A stretch of 50,982 nt of DNA, taken from assembly GCA_020536535.1 (NCBI GenBank), contig JAHLWZ010000908.1, positions 1-50,982 on the forward strand, given 5' to 3'. A program made the position numbers and the translations under genes. The stretch's first letter is position 1, and each line of letters opens with the position of its first letter. The notes beneath the pieces are model-generated. The model was given only the letters and a program-made list of their open reading frames with translations, had not been told where the DNA came from and made no database searches. Below, piece by piece: positions 26,854 through 41,306 of the stretch. The DNA is from Pelomyxa schiedti (taxonomy: Eukaryota; Protista; Evosea).

Positions 26854-27348
26854 ATGGAGGCGGGACTGGGAATTGACGATGGAGGGTGGGTCTCGTGGTT
26901 CTGGGGCAGCTCAGAGGGCCCCGCGTCGTTCCGCGAGGTCATGAACACGCCGCTGAGCACCGACAGCGTGCTCTCGTGGCTGGCCGTGTTCTGGATGATA
27001 CTCACTCAGCTCGGCGCCGCTCTATTCGCCGCGTATTGGCTGGCCATCGCAGCTGCTGAGTTTGCTGCTGTTTTATCACCGAGGCGAGCCTACTCTATTT
27101 TCGCCCCACTAAAGAGGGTCACTGTAATTGTGTGTATTTCACTCGGTTTTTTTTTTTTTTTTAACAAAGAAGCACTGGGCTAACCAGCCTTCACTTCCAT
27201 TTTAATTTGTAATATTTGATAGTGTGCCCTCGCTGCGTTGTCTGTGTGGTCATGGATGTCATGGTCACGTGGTTTGCTACCAAAGTCACTGGTCCTTACT
27301 TCCCTGACAATTGCACCCCTTATCGTATTTATGTTCTTCACTGGATGA
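26854..27348 (+). CDS. Small multi-pass membrane protein of unknown function
   Basis: GC-rich first exon encoding hydrophobic helices (VLSWLAVFWMILTQLGAALFAAYWLAIAAA). Probable last exon ALAALSVWSWMSWSRGLLPKSLVLTSLTIAPLIVFMFFTG* ends at 27348. Middle splice junctions are uncertain. Confidence 0.55.
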
Positions 27349-27610
27349 TTGATCATGATAATAGAACACACAGCCCACACCTACACCCCAGGTTGCTTTT
27401 TTCCCTGCTTACATATGCCTACTTCAGTCCCCTTCAACACCACACACATTACCCAATCAACCTGTGCCTTTCCTCACCTCCCTCACACTTGCCAATTTTT
27501 GGAATAACAAAGTGCCAAAACATAAGCATTTCCCCTGCGTCCGCCGATCTGTTTTCGGTAAATCAGCCGACAAACATAAAAAAAAACCAACAAACAAGAG
27601 GGGTGACGGG

Positions 27611-30600
27611 ATGAGCGGTAGTGCTGGTGCGGTGTGGTCTCCATCCATCGATGTGTTACGGCAGGTCATCCAGTTTATGACCGACACTTTGGACACATCG
27701 AAACAGGAGGCTGTTCGCGTGGTGTGTGAGTGTGCTCGTAGGTCACTGTTTGTGTGTGGAGTGCGTAATAGTGTCACTGGGCATTGACATACGTTTAGTT
27801 GGAGGTTATTCTTTGGATTAATTGTTTTCTTGAAACCAAAACAAACAAAAAACAGCAACATGAGGTGCTTAGAAGTATGCCTGATTGGGTGAATTACTTG
27901 TTACTAGTTTTGCACTCTGCAGAGCAACCACAGGTGATAAGGGAGCTTGCTGCTTTGCTACTGAAGTCTTCTGCAAACAACACCCCCAGCACTGCACCAG
28001 TCATCGAATCAATGAAAACTGCTGTGCTTCCCCTTATAGCAGACGCATCTCCTGCTATAAGACATGCTGTGGCCAATGTCATTACAGTTCTTCTGGGAAG
28101 GCTGCCAAGATTTTTCTTAGGTAGATTTGCGTGCCTCCCTGTAGCATCACTGAGAGTTTTCTGATCTACTTTTATTTTTATCACTTCAAGACTGGCCAGA
28201 GTTGCTGCCAGCTGTCACGACATTGATTTGTGATGCCAATGCCAACTACGTTGAGGGTGGACTGTACCTTTTACACATTCTCTGTGAGGACTACACGTCT
28301 CTATTTGATGATATTGTTATGGGAAGACCCCTGTTGACCATTTTACCACTTTTGGTAAAATCATTTCAATCTTCACATGGTTTACATCTGTACAACATTT
28401 GGTGCTAGCTTACCTGATGCCCCTAGAACCTTGGCGCTACTATGCACTCATGTGCATCTACGAATTTATTGCCACAATGCCAGGTGCTATTCAAGAAAGA
28501 ATTGACTCCCTCATCCAAGTGCGGATCTAATCAATATTTTCATGAGAAGGTGTTAACTGGTACAAATAGAGTTTGGTCATGCTCTCAGCTGATCAGTCCT
28601 TCAGAGTCAAGCTCTTTTTGTGTAAAATATTTGGTTCTCTAGCCGAAGGCCGCCCTGACTTCCTTGTGCCACACATGCGATCTGTTGTCCCATTTATTCT
28701 CAGTTGCACAGATGTATCACCTATTACCTTCGGGGACACTCCTCCTTTGACTCCTCTTTAGCATGCCGACCATGAAATTGCACTTGCAGGATGTGAATTC
28801 TGGATCCTTATTTTTACTTCGGATTCTTGTGTAGAGAGTCTGAGTCCATTTTTAAACCAGTGAGTGTTCATACCTATTTATTTTTCCTTCATGCCCGCTT
28901 ATTGCTGGTTCCTTGTGTATATATCGTCAAGATTACTGCAGCTACTACCAACTAAAATGGTGATAACAAATTCTGATGAAACCGATTTTGATTTCTCCGA
29001 TTAGTACTTTCCCAATACTACCGCCACACCTTTTTCCTTGTTGTATCTTCCCTGATTTTTTTGTAGTGATTCAACCAATAATTCAGATTGGAATATTCGA
29101 AAGTCTGCTGTGGTGGCACTTGAGTCTGTGTCTGAGATATTTCAGGATCAGTGCCTGACTGTTTTATTTCCTGTGGTCTCGGAACTTCTGAAGTCTGACA
29201 AATGGCAATGTTGTTTGACTGTTTCGGAGGTGTTTGTAAATGACAGCCACTTAGATGTGGAATGTGGTATACTGGCACTTGGAGCAATATCTGATGGTTG
29301 CAAAAAAGGAATGTTGCCACACATAGTTCAGATGGCAACATTTCTAACTGCGCAGCTAGCTCACCCACAGGTATAAATACAAATATCCACCCAAGACCTC
29401 CCTTAACACGTATCAGCTTCATGTCCGTGCAACCACTTGCTGGACTCTGTCCCGGTATGCCGTAAATCTCTTGCCAATGGGTGAACAAATTGTGCAGCCA
29501 ATACTTGCCGGTATCATTACACGGATAAATACAGACATTTCTCGCGCTGTGAAGTCTGCAGCTTGCAGGTTTAATAATTTGTTTCCGTATTGTTATTTTG
29601 CAACTCAAGTGTTTTAAAAAGGCTGCTGCTGTCCTCACACACACACAAAAACTCGTGCTGACTCTGTTCTCATGTCAAATAAGGGCCATAGGCAGCATGG
29701 CAGAAAAAATCATGGATCAAGATTTACAAATGCCATATCTCAATGATGTTTTGAGTGGCATGATGTTGGCTTTTGGGTCTTACAAGGTGGGGGAATCTCT
29801 TGACCTTTATGATGCCATCTCTGCGGTGATTGACTGTGCTTGTGACACCATTGCTGTTTCACCCACTCTGCAGGGCATGTTGCTAGGCCCTTTGGGAACA
29901 AAGTGGAATTCCCTGACTGATGATAAGTAATGCCAGCTTCACATCTACTTTTTACTCAAGACTTCCTGAAGTGCCGAGTTGGTCCCTTTGATGGAATGTT
30001 TCACTTCTATCATTGTTGCAATGGGTGCAGCTTTTTCTCCCTATGCTCAATCACTTACAGCGCGCTGTGCAAGCCTCATTACCAGCAGCCTTGCATCTGT
30101 ATGCAAAGGGTTCCATTAAATCTAATAGTTCAAACAACCAATACAATTCGAATTATCTATCCCTCACGGCAATAAGGGCGTGTGTTCTGAACCTCTTGAA
30201 ATGGCAATAGACCTTGTCAGCAGTGTTATTCAGTCTGTACCTGACAATGCAGCACCACTCGTTAAGCAGTTCAATATTGTCCCTCTTATGTGTGGATGTC
30301 TGGCAAAAAGAGTGAGATACCATTTGTTTTTTTTTCTAAAAAACAAACCCAATGCAAAGTGTAAGTAATAGACAACCTCCATAGGATATGCATTCACCGA
30401 GTCTCTTACAAAGTTGCTTCACTCTTTTGGGGAACTTGATCATCTTCTGCTTGGATGATGTGGCTCATTCGATTCATTTAGCAATGCCCGTACTTCTGGA
30501 GAGCATTAACCCAAGTACCCTCAAAGATAATCAGTCCTATCGCAAAATAATCTTTCGTACCAGATATCGTTTCTATGTGTGCAAATGCCTGCTGGGCCCT

Positions 30601-31236
30601 CAGTGAGGTCGTACTTCATTATCACGAAAACGTGCAAGTGTGGGGACCTACTCTTGTTGGTAAGTTGATATCGATCCAGTCTGACCGCGAAAGTAACGAG
30701 TGAGTACCGCCTTTCCCGTAATCTCCCCAAGACATTCTGTTTGTCCTCTAACCAAGGATCAGGAATTTATTGCTAAATACGGCCATTCTTCTGTGCCGCC
30801 TCAGTTTTGTGGCACCTACAACCTCCGGAGCAGCGAATTTGATGACCCCTGACAGCCTGAAGGTAACCCCAAATACAGTTCGGTTGCAAACTCTAAAATA
30901 CCCACTAGAATGTATGCCTTTCGATCCGGAAGAAGCTCAACAATCAGAAAGATTCTGTTTTGATAGGACTCTGCCTGTTAGTTCAGCACAATCCTGGCTG
31001 TGGTGTTCCGGTTTTGCCGTTCTTCTGTGACGCTATTCTGAGCAATCGGCCATCCCCACAGCTCACACAGAAGCTCATTGAGACACTCACACAACTGCAC
31101 ACACAGATGGGAGCTCACAACTGGGCAACTTTGTTTGCAGGGTTTCCTCCAGCCCTCAAAAAGGTACCCAAACAGAACAGCAAATTCCAACAAGTAACTT
31201 TTTCAGGCATTGACTTCCCTGGGTCTCAGGACATAA
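27611..31236 (+). CDS. TNPO1: Transportin / karyopherin-beta2-like HEAT-repeat nuclear import receptor (divergent)
   Basis: N-terminal W.P....L.Q..MPDWVNYL and IRELAALLLK, then WPELLP, CED, ALAGCEFW, DWNIRKSAVVALE, ECGILALGAISDGC, VRATTCWTLSRY, LYDAI, NACWA and NTAI, all in transportin order. The likely last exon ALTSLGLRT* ends at 31236. Confidence 0.85.
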
Positions 31237-31303
31237 AAAAAAACCAAACCACCTTTTTCTTTTGTAGAAACTGGCAACATATGACTACTTTTGGGGCTCT
31301 TTG

Positions 31304-33195
31304 TTACAGTTCGGAGTGTGCAGGAGGCCGTGCTGTGACTTTAGTTGTGGTTGTTTTTGTTGTGACTTTGTTGTTGCCTTCTTGCTTGGTTGACACCGAC
31401 ACCGTGACGGTGGTGGTGATGACTTGGCCGTCCTTGTCAGTCTCGACGGTGGTGTGTGTTGTTTCACCTGTTCCCTCGTCTGGGGCATCGTCGTGGTCAC
31501 TCGCTGTGGTCGTGACTTCCTCAGTGGTGGTGGTGGAGGTAGTAACACCATTCTCAGTTCTAGATGAAGAGGAAGACGAGGAAGACTTGCTGGCAGATGA
31601 AAATGACGACGACGTCACAGGTGCCTTGGTGGGTACAGTTGTAGGTATTGTGGCAGTGAACGTGGACGTGGACGTGGAAGCCTGCGATGGTGCAGTGGTC
31701 TTCTTGGTTCTTGGGTCAGGAAGTGGCTCACCAGCCTTGATGGTGGCAGCAAGCATTCTTGCGATTGACAGAGCTTCACCTGGGGATGAGGCAGTCCAGG
31801 TAATAGGAGATTTGTATGTCCATGTTTCATGATAGCGCGTGAGCTTCTCATTGTTGTTGTCAATGAAAACATGTGGTATTCCAAGCAACAATGCCATTAT
31901 GAGGCCATGAAGTCTGTCGCTCACAACTGTATTGGATGTTACTTCAATAAACAGACTTTTCTTTGGTGTTACCAACTCGTCCTTGCCGTAAAATCTTGAA
32001 GCCACGCATGGCACGAATATTGGCAAGGGTATCCCACTCAGGTGTCCACTGACCATCCTCACTTTTCAACCAGTCCACAACTTTTACATCACTGGCAGTT
32101 GTTACCTGAGGGAAATAAGTGGTGTACACTATTGATAGGAGTTAATACATTGATTGGGAGTGTCTTGAACTTTGACTCCTTGTCTGTTCGTGCCACCCAT
32201 AACACATCAATCACTGGTTTGTCCAGTAAGTGAATAGGACCAAGCATGAATGCCATGTCTGGTGTCAAATAGACATGGAACTTGGAATTAGCGAAGTGTT
32301 CTGTAGCCAGATTATAACTGTGCTTTTGGGTTTTGAAGATAGAAAGTCTATGATGTTGAGTTGCCTTGAAGGGTAACATTTACCTTGTCACGAACAAGGA
32401 GGGTGATGTCCTTTGGAAGAGAACCAAGAGTTTTCTCAGTGTGTTGCAGAGTTGCAGCATTATCAAAATTGATGCTCTGTGGGAAGATGAACCACTTGAA
32501 GTCCTTATAGCGCTGCAGCACACCCAGACGGAGGTTGTTGTGGGACAACCACACATCTCCAAAGTTTCCACCTCCCTATTTTGACTGTCAGGCAGCAGAA
32601 AAAGAGAGCAGGTTCAAAACAGTGATAGAAAAATACATGGGAGAGTAGTATCCACTGTTTTGGAGGGATGCCTGTCTTATTGGCATGTGCTTGCATTGTG
32701 CTGTCAAGCTTGTCACAAAACTGGTACGCAGGATAGAATTGGTCCTTAAACAGCGCGGCTCGGTTCTTCTCAACAAGATACTGAGAACCACAAAATGTGT
32801 CAAGGGAGAATAGGAATTGAAATAAGTTAGGGAAGATAGAAACGTACTGCTATCTCTCCTGCCCATATTGCAGAGTCACCAAAGTTAGGGTGCATGGGGA
32901 AATCCAACATCGCGAAGGGCGTCGCCTTTGTGGGCAAAAGTGTGTCCACGAGAACGTCATCCAGCACGCGCAAAAGCGCCTCTTTTTGTGACAAAACGAA
33001 CTCCTCTGCAGTTTGAGGCCACACGTCGCTGCTTTGTGCAGCAGTCGCAGTTTCGGTTTTAGGTTTCGTAGATCCGGAGTGAGACACAGCAGCACCAGCC
33101 ACAAAACAACTAGATCTGCTGCCTATGCAATGAAACAGTAACCAACACCAAACCACGTTCGTCGTAACGTTCGTTACCCGGCGCCACGTTGCCAT
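31304..33195 (-). CDS. Polysaccharide pyruvyltransferase (EpsO/Pvg1-like) with N-terminal signal/anchor and Ser/Thr-rich tail
   Basis: Motifs LDFPMHPNFGDSAIWAGE, GGGNFGDVW, FPQSINF, VRD, TPDMAF, WVARTDKE and SDRLHGLIMALLLGIPHVFIDN...KL..YHETWT. Several GT-AG introns. Confidence 0.9.
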
Positions 33196-33400
33196 CCTTG
33201 TTATTTTTTTCTGTTAAATGAATCCAGAGCGATTTTTTCTCCTTTGAAGCGTTGAGAGTCCAGTCAGCACCTCAACGGGAAAAGAAGGAACGGAACTCCC
33301 TCAGTCTTGTAGATCTCTGCGGATCTGCAGAGTGACGGGAGATAGGCATAGAAGAAACTAAGAGGAGGCTGTCTTTAGAGTGAGGCTAATTATTATTTTT

Positions 33401-36400
33401 TTACAATCTGGTGCTGGTGTTGTGTGGTTTAGAATATTTACGGATCTGCTCCAACCACGCGGATTTATCTTCAGGTGATGTGGCAAGCGCTGATATTACA
33501 CATTGTTGGTCCCTCTCGTTGGTCCAATTCAAATCAAACCGGTTTTGCATTGTGGGAATGTTTGCTGTTTAGATTGGTTGTGGTTAGCCAATCTCGGGAT
33601 AGAAAACCAAACTAACACCCAAAGCGAAACCCAGTGTAAAATTCGTGGGGTTGAGAGTACATACGGTCATTGGGTTGGTCAATAACAGTCAATTTTCGAA
33701 GATCGAGTATGACCAGAATTTTGTATTTCTTGGATAGCCGTTGTTGTATTGTAACCAGTAGCATATCGTCAAATAGAAATAGATAGCGATATTTGCTACT
33801 GCGCCCGCCTCTTGTCTCTAGGATGGCGCCTTCTTTAATAAACATGCGCGTTGGATTGGCTATGCCCTAGATTGTGTAAGACAATTATTGGGTCGAGCAT
33901 TCCCAAAGATTGGGGTAACCTCTGGGGGTGGGTTAACGAGATTTTTCTGTATCTCTGGAACGCGCATTTTACTTTCAGAAGCTCTGGAAAGCGTGGTTGG
34001 GATTGTGGAGTCCGGTGTTGCTTTTTATGGGGATGTGTGTGGAAAAAGAACCTCTTTGCTTCGTTCAAGCTATCTAGTAGCTTTGTTCCTGTGGCAATAG
34101 TATTTTTCAAAGCAGCGTGGTCAGGATGTGTGGGGGGAGTGGCTTTCAAAAGACTCTGGGAGTTCGGGATTTAGCAATAGATATTCTAGTGTAATTTGTT
34201 GTACCTGAAGTAGGAGAATATAGCGCGGAACTCGCTGGTGGCGGAATGGTGAGAATAAGGCTTGCTTCCAGGGGGAAATTACCTGAATAGGTAGAATCAA
34301 GAAACTCCATACATCATAGGTATTAAGTTCTTTCTCCTGACTGACACGCTTATTTGGGTAATATTATTAGTACCTCAGAAATTACAAAGTAACTCACATG
34401 AGCCCACTCTTTGAGGGCAGGTTTCACTTCAAAGCACGATAAGAAAAATTCCATGCGCTTGTCATAATTAACAAGGTACTGGTTGTAAACTTGTTCCAAG
34501 GGACCCTTCCAAGCAAGATTAAGGGACGACTATAAACAATACTTGATATCACCTGCCACAGGCGAGAAAAAATATCACTAACTGTGGATTCAGGAGCCCA
34601 GTTCTCAAATGTTGCATTTAATGTTGCCAAAAATGCTCTACCGAGTTTGGTGATCTGCCCACATATCAATTTTCTAATGATGAAAATCTGCCACACCTCT
34701 TCCATATTGCCAAAAACGAACTCAACGTCAGAAAAAGCCATCATACTCCCATCAAGAAGGGGTTTCCGGTAGTGCTAATAAATATTGATTTTCTTAGTTT
34801 TTAATTTGAGAGAGGTAGGCACACTTTGAGACAAGTTTCAAGGCTGTTGACATAAGTATTTTCGGTTGACATAACTTCTTTCATAATACGCGTTCTCACA
34901 ATAAAATCTTGATCCAGGAAAAGAGACTTGGAATTTGTCCTGTGCAGTTGTGCCAGGGCTCCCCCACTCACTCCTGATGTCTGAAATAATGTGTGAACAA
35001 AAGAGTAGAGCAGTAGCAAATGCCTGTGAGTTAGTCTGTAGTCCTTTGAACTCTGCAACAGAAGCAGTACTGACTTTTTTTTGGGACAAATGTATTTTAG
35101 ATTAAAATTTCTAATGACGAAAAGAGCTACAACCTGCCAACGTAAGATTGTTTAAGGCTAATTCGAGAGCATCCCTCAATGTAGCAGAGAGCTGTGGGGT
35201 TGTTTGAAGTTGCTTCAGGTGTTGTACCATTCGAGCATGTAGTAATTCAAGACGTATAAGTTCTAGGATTGGTAGAGAGTCAAACTCAAGTGCAATAAAC
35301 GGGAGACAGACCATTTAGTGCAAGATTTGATATTAAACTTGAGGAGTGCAGTAAAAGTGTTTCTTTTGTAGTACATAAGGGACTAAAGATTTTCTTGAGG
35401 TGTCGAAGAAGGCCAGAAAATTGAAATTCAGTTCGTATGTCAGCTTGAGTAAATTGTCACAAGATTTAAAAAAAGAGATGAGAGATACGGAAACAGGAGA
35501 GATTCTGCAAAATTATTACAGAAAATAATGTTACAGTGTCATAAGGTTCATTTCCAAGTAAATCTGTATTAAGTCAAATCAGGGATTATCAGAACTTGAA
35601 GCTCACCAAGCATTATTCCTAAGCACCCTGCGTTGAGAAGCTTCTGCTGTGCTCCTTCTAGTAGTACATAAATTGAAGACCTCCAAAGTGTCCTTGTTAC
35701 CCAACATTGAAAGACCAATGAGAATGTGCAGTGCTCGCTCTTTCTGTTCTGGAGTGCCGTTGGCGGCAATTGAAAACAACGGGGGAAGAGCCCCAGAAGC
35801 GATAATGATTTTGCGAAATAAATCTGTTAAATCTTACAGGAGTTGAGATGGGGAAAAAGTAATTGAGAAACAGAGATACATACCCCCACCACCCCCAAGG
35901 ATGCATAAAAGATTTAATGCTGCCATTATTTTGGCCTCCTCCTTTGATTCGAGAAGTTGCATTACCTTGAAAAAATTGGTTGTAAAAAGAATATCGAGTA
36001 TTGGCATTGAATACTTGTTTGATTCCATGTTTTTTACAAAAAATCGATTTATTTGCAGCATAATAGGTGCAGCAATCTACGCATTCATACAATCATTAGT
36101 ATCACGACGAATTAAAAAAAAAAAGGCACACCAGGATTCATCATATTCCGCAGAACTGCTGCAACCACAAGTAAAAGATTGGAAACAGTACAGGTGGTAA
36201 AGCGGTCCAATAAAAAGTCACACACATTACTTTGCGTAAGAATGTCACAGGAATCCTCTTTTTGACAGTAATTAACGATTCTCTTGGTTCCATTGCAATA
36301 ATACTAACTGGATTGACACAGGTTTGTCATAAACCACACAGCTTTCTCAACTACATCAGCAATAACCGCTTTGGATAAAATCTCAACCAGAGAGTCCAAA

Positions 36401-37288
36401 ACTGGTTGCTGAAGTATTGCTTCGGATTGCTCACGGGTTTTTACTGGAGGAAATGAACTGATAGTTATTTTTTTTTAAAAAAAGATACCCACCTGACATT
36501 GCCACATGACTGAGTAACCAGTAGCTCATCATAACAATGACCTACAGTAAAGGGAGCCACAGTAGAGAGGAACTCAGGTCAATAAATTACTTAGGGCAAG
36601 CATTTAACTACATGCTTACTTCACTTTTATCAGTAAGACACTGTATTATTGGTCCAAATCCAAGTTTAAACACAAACTCCCTTGCAGCTTCTATTGGTTG
36701 GGGGAGGAAAAAAAAAAAAAAAAAAGGTAAGAAGGTACACTCCACTACACCAGATAAACGGCAACGACTATAACCAAACAGCATTGAAATAAAGAAATAA
36801 GAGCGGGGGGAGGGGCCCAAACAAAACGGTACACAACCAAAAACCAAGAAAGCTAGCCAAACAAACAAACAACCAAACAAACAACCAAACAAACAACCTC
36901 TAATACACAAGTTAATCAGGATCCTGAGAGCGTTCTCACACTCCAGCTCGCTGATTCTGTCCTCGCCACCCCCCTGCGGCTGCAGGGGCATCGGCACCAT
37001 GGGCTGCTGCACGAACCTCCCGCCGCCGCCGGGCAGGGGCGGGAGCGGCGCCTGCATCGGGGGCAGCTCCAGCCCCACGTCGTCCACCAGCCGCTCCGCC
37101 TCGGGCTCCTGCTGCGAGTACTGCATCAGCAGCCGGTAGTTGAGCGCGAACCGCCGCCGCTCCTCCGCGCTCAGCTCGTCCCGCTGCCCCCCGCCGCCTC
37201 CCTGCTCCGCCCCCGGCTGCACCTCCGCGTACGGCTGCGACGTGCTTGTGCTGCCCCCGCTGCGGCTGGCGCTCGTGCTGCTGCTCAT
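33401..37288 (-). CDS. RhoGEF (Dbl-homology + PH) with N-terminal ARM/HEAT-like repeats
   Basis: DH motifs RTRIMKEVMSTENTYVNSL, VFGNMEE, FLILPIQ|RVPRYILLL and KATPPTHPDH. PH motifs FIKEG..RYLFLFDDMLLVT..EDKSAWLEQI. ATG at 37288, stop at 33401-33403. Confidence 0.88.
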
Positions 37289-37619
37289 GTCAGGTACGTT
37301 CGCGGCACCCCGATACGAAACTTGGTTTTGAGTGTTTTTTTTTTGTTTTTTTTCTCGATTTTTGTTGGTTTGTTGTTTCCCGTTGTGGGTGGGATGGAAT
37401 TTCCCCACTCTTTCTATGGAACACAGGACACTCTGGTTACGGTGGATTTCGTAACTCAGCGCAGGCTGTTCTGATATCATGGTAGAAGAAGCCAGATTGG
37501 CGAAAGAGTGTTTGGAAAACAAATTTCGATCTTTTGTTTGTTTCGTGCTGCAACAAAGGTGGTGTTGGAGTGGTTTCTGTATTGTTCGAAGAGTGAAAGA
37601 GGGAGATGTCTTGTTTTTC

Positions 37620-39999
37620 CTATTCATGTGATTTGCTGGAAATAGTTTGTTGAACAATCCTGAAAAAGCATGAGAAACACAGCTGGAAAACCAAGAATTT
37701 ACCGGGAGACCAGGGCAGAAGACATCTTTGGCCGGACTTTTTCTATGTGCACTCCAAGCAGAGCTAGTGCTTCCGGAGGTGCAAATTCCAGGGTAGTGAT
37801 AGAAAGAGACGCGGATTCAGAATGCTTGGACAATGTCAGTAGGTAGAATAGAAATACTGCCATACCTCAGTGAGGGCACGATTTGCAGATTCGAGTGTAG
37901 GGAAAACTGCCCATGCAGAGGAATGTGTTGGGGTTTGTTGGACTGGGAGTAACCGGGTAACGTCAAGCGATTCCAGGAACCTACCGACTTGCTCAGATTC
38001 TACTTTCTCATAGGAGCAATGAACAACATGGTTAGTGTGGGCTATCTGACCAAATCCAGGTCCTGTGGGGAAAAAATTTTACTCCACTTACGAATATTTG
38101 AAACGAAAAAGTACCTAGGTGAATCTGTTTGATGGAGATGGATTTACGGCAAGCTTGGAACCCAATCCAAGAAACATTGAGCCGGGTACCACCCAGCGCT
38201 TTCCTGGCGTCTAAAGTTGCGCATAAATCTCGGCACACCAACCCACATCCAACACACAGTATCCCACCGTCACCCATTATGCCAATCCAAACCTGCCTTT
38301 CATTGCCGAGCGCCATTCCAACATCATCCAGAAATTTCCCATGTGTGTAGGAAGAGTGCACACAAGTACAGTTACCAGACTGCCTACAGGAATATTTTGA
38401 ACTGGCACAAGATGAAAAAGCACGCAGTCTCAGGTCGAACCCCTCACAGTTGTTTTCAGAAGAATGTGTATGTGCCGTGGGATTCGTAAAATCAAACTCC
38501 ACTTCAAACCTGGCACCATAAGGGTCTTTTGACGCAGCCAGCATAACACACAAGCGGCTCCCACATAGATTCCCAGTATTGCCCAGTTGGAAACCAATCC
38601 ACCCGTAATCGGCCTTTTCCAGTCTCCAAGCATCACTCCACGTAACACCTGAATCAGCACTAACGTCTGTGTAACTTTTCTTGAAGACACTTTCCTCTAA
38701 TGGTCTTATCACTTCCGCTGAAAATTCAGTGTAGTTACCACAAAGTGGTACAATCTGGGCACCTTCACAGCACTCTTGAATCAGTTCACTTGAATCGTCA
38801 TCAGTAGTAGATTTGTTTACGCCCCAGTTTGCGTCATCCGTCTCACCTTGGGATTGCAAAGTAGAAGCTTGAGTAGTTGCTTCAGTTTGAAAAAGAGCCT
38901 CACTGTGAAATGTTCCACGTCCCCTCCGTGTAACTGGAACTTGGGTTGTCTCTGTAGCTGCACTTGTAGGCTGGTTACTGTGTACCTCTGCTACGAGTGG
39001 CTGTGGGAGTGGGTCACTGGTAACTGCAGAACTATTATGTCCATTCGTGTGATGCGTATCATCTTCTTCCAAACACCGCAATGAACCTCCAAAAGTCCCT
39101 CTTCCACGTCTAACTCGCGGGGATTCCTCTGGTGCAGAAGCCTGTGTGGACCGTACTTGTCTCGGTTGCTGTGCCTGCTGTTGTGCTTGTTGTCGCTCTT
39201 TTTGTTGTTGTACACGAGGTGATACCCAGATTCTGGTTCTCTTTGTGGAAGGAGCTTCACAAGTTGAATCAATGGTTGCTGCTTGCATGGGTGGGGGAGA
39301 TGCAGGGTTTTTGTGAATTCGGGCTTGAATGGCATCTCTTTGGGATTTAAACTCATTTGCAAGAACTTGTAAGAAACGAGGATTCGTGCTCATGAGTGGG
39401 AGAGGGATGGCACTAATATCCACAGATACGAACCAATCCCTTAAAGTCAACAAGGATTTTAGCTAGACAGAGTTCAGAGAAAGAAGAACGAAGTACATAA
39501 AATAAGCAATGAGGGGGGAAATTCAACAACAAAGAAATGAAAAAGTAAAAGGTAAACCAACTCAGAGGGATCAACAAACTGCAGGCGGGGAATCGTCAGA
39601 ACTAGCGGCACAAGATTCCACAGAGCTTCCCCCCACAGTTTTCTTTGACACACCACATCGCGCTGCACGCACAACAACAGTCTTATCTGCCCCCCAACCA
39701 GGAGAATGTGCAGTAACCACATCCGATGGGTATTTGAATGAAACGTGATGCAGTAACCATCGGAAATGCGGGGTCAACGGCGGAAACAAAACTGCATACG
39801 AACTGCACGCAGTATCCGCCAAAACGCCAGCACGAGAAGCGTCGCCATCGTCAGATCTCGCAGGTGCAGTGGCGAGATCGTACAGCCGGTCCAAGTCACG
39901 CTCAACGAGCTCCATAAATCTCCAATTTTGAGCAACGCACATAGCCGAAGTGAGTTTGAATATAGCGCAGATCTCGTTCGACGTGCTACCGTCGTCCAT
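37620..39999 (-). CDS. R3HCC1-like protein: R3H domain + low-complexity linker + inserted beta-rich domain + C-terminal RRM-like domain
   Basis: R3H motif LFPPLTPHFRWLLHHV...HSPGWGADKTVVV (R-x3-H). C-terminal HVVHC...SAWAVFPTLESANRAL...RPKMSSALVSR|IV resembles the R3HCC1/R3HCC1L RRM and RP.TS.A.ARR motif. Stop at 37620-37622. Confidence 0.7.
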
Positions 40000-40306
40000 G
40001 TGTCTCAATGTGTTGCAAAGTGTCAATGTGTGCCTATATCAACACGCGGCCGTGTGTGCGTCTTCGTAGCCAACGATTATTTTGTTTGTTTTATCGTCTT
40101 CGAACTTTCTTTGATTAAAGATCTTTATTGCCCTACGGTGCCATTTTTCAGACTAAAAAAAGCCTTGCTTGGATTTCCTTAAAATCCTAACAAACAACAG
40201 CACTAAAAAAGAAAAAAAAAAAAGGAAAGGAGGTGCTACACCGCACACCGGCGGCTGGATCTTGCATACAAAGAAAAAAAGAGACTCCAGACACAACACA
40301 CAGTAA

Positions 40307-41306
<1,000 letters not shown>

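Noticed and set aside
30960-31832. 290-aa plus-strand ORF suggesting transportin overlaps the pyruvyltransferase CDS
   Set aside because: A 43-nt intron (31164-31206) gives a stop at 31236. The remainder is the antisense shadow of the Thr-rich tail.
36857-36897. (AAAC)n-like microsatellite
   Set aside because: A simple repeat within an intron with no spacer structure, so not CRISPR-like.
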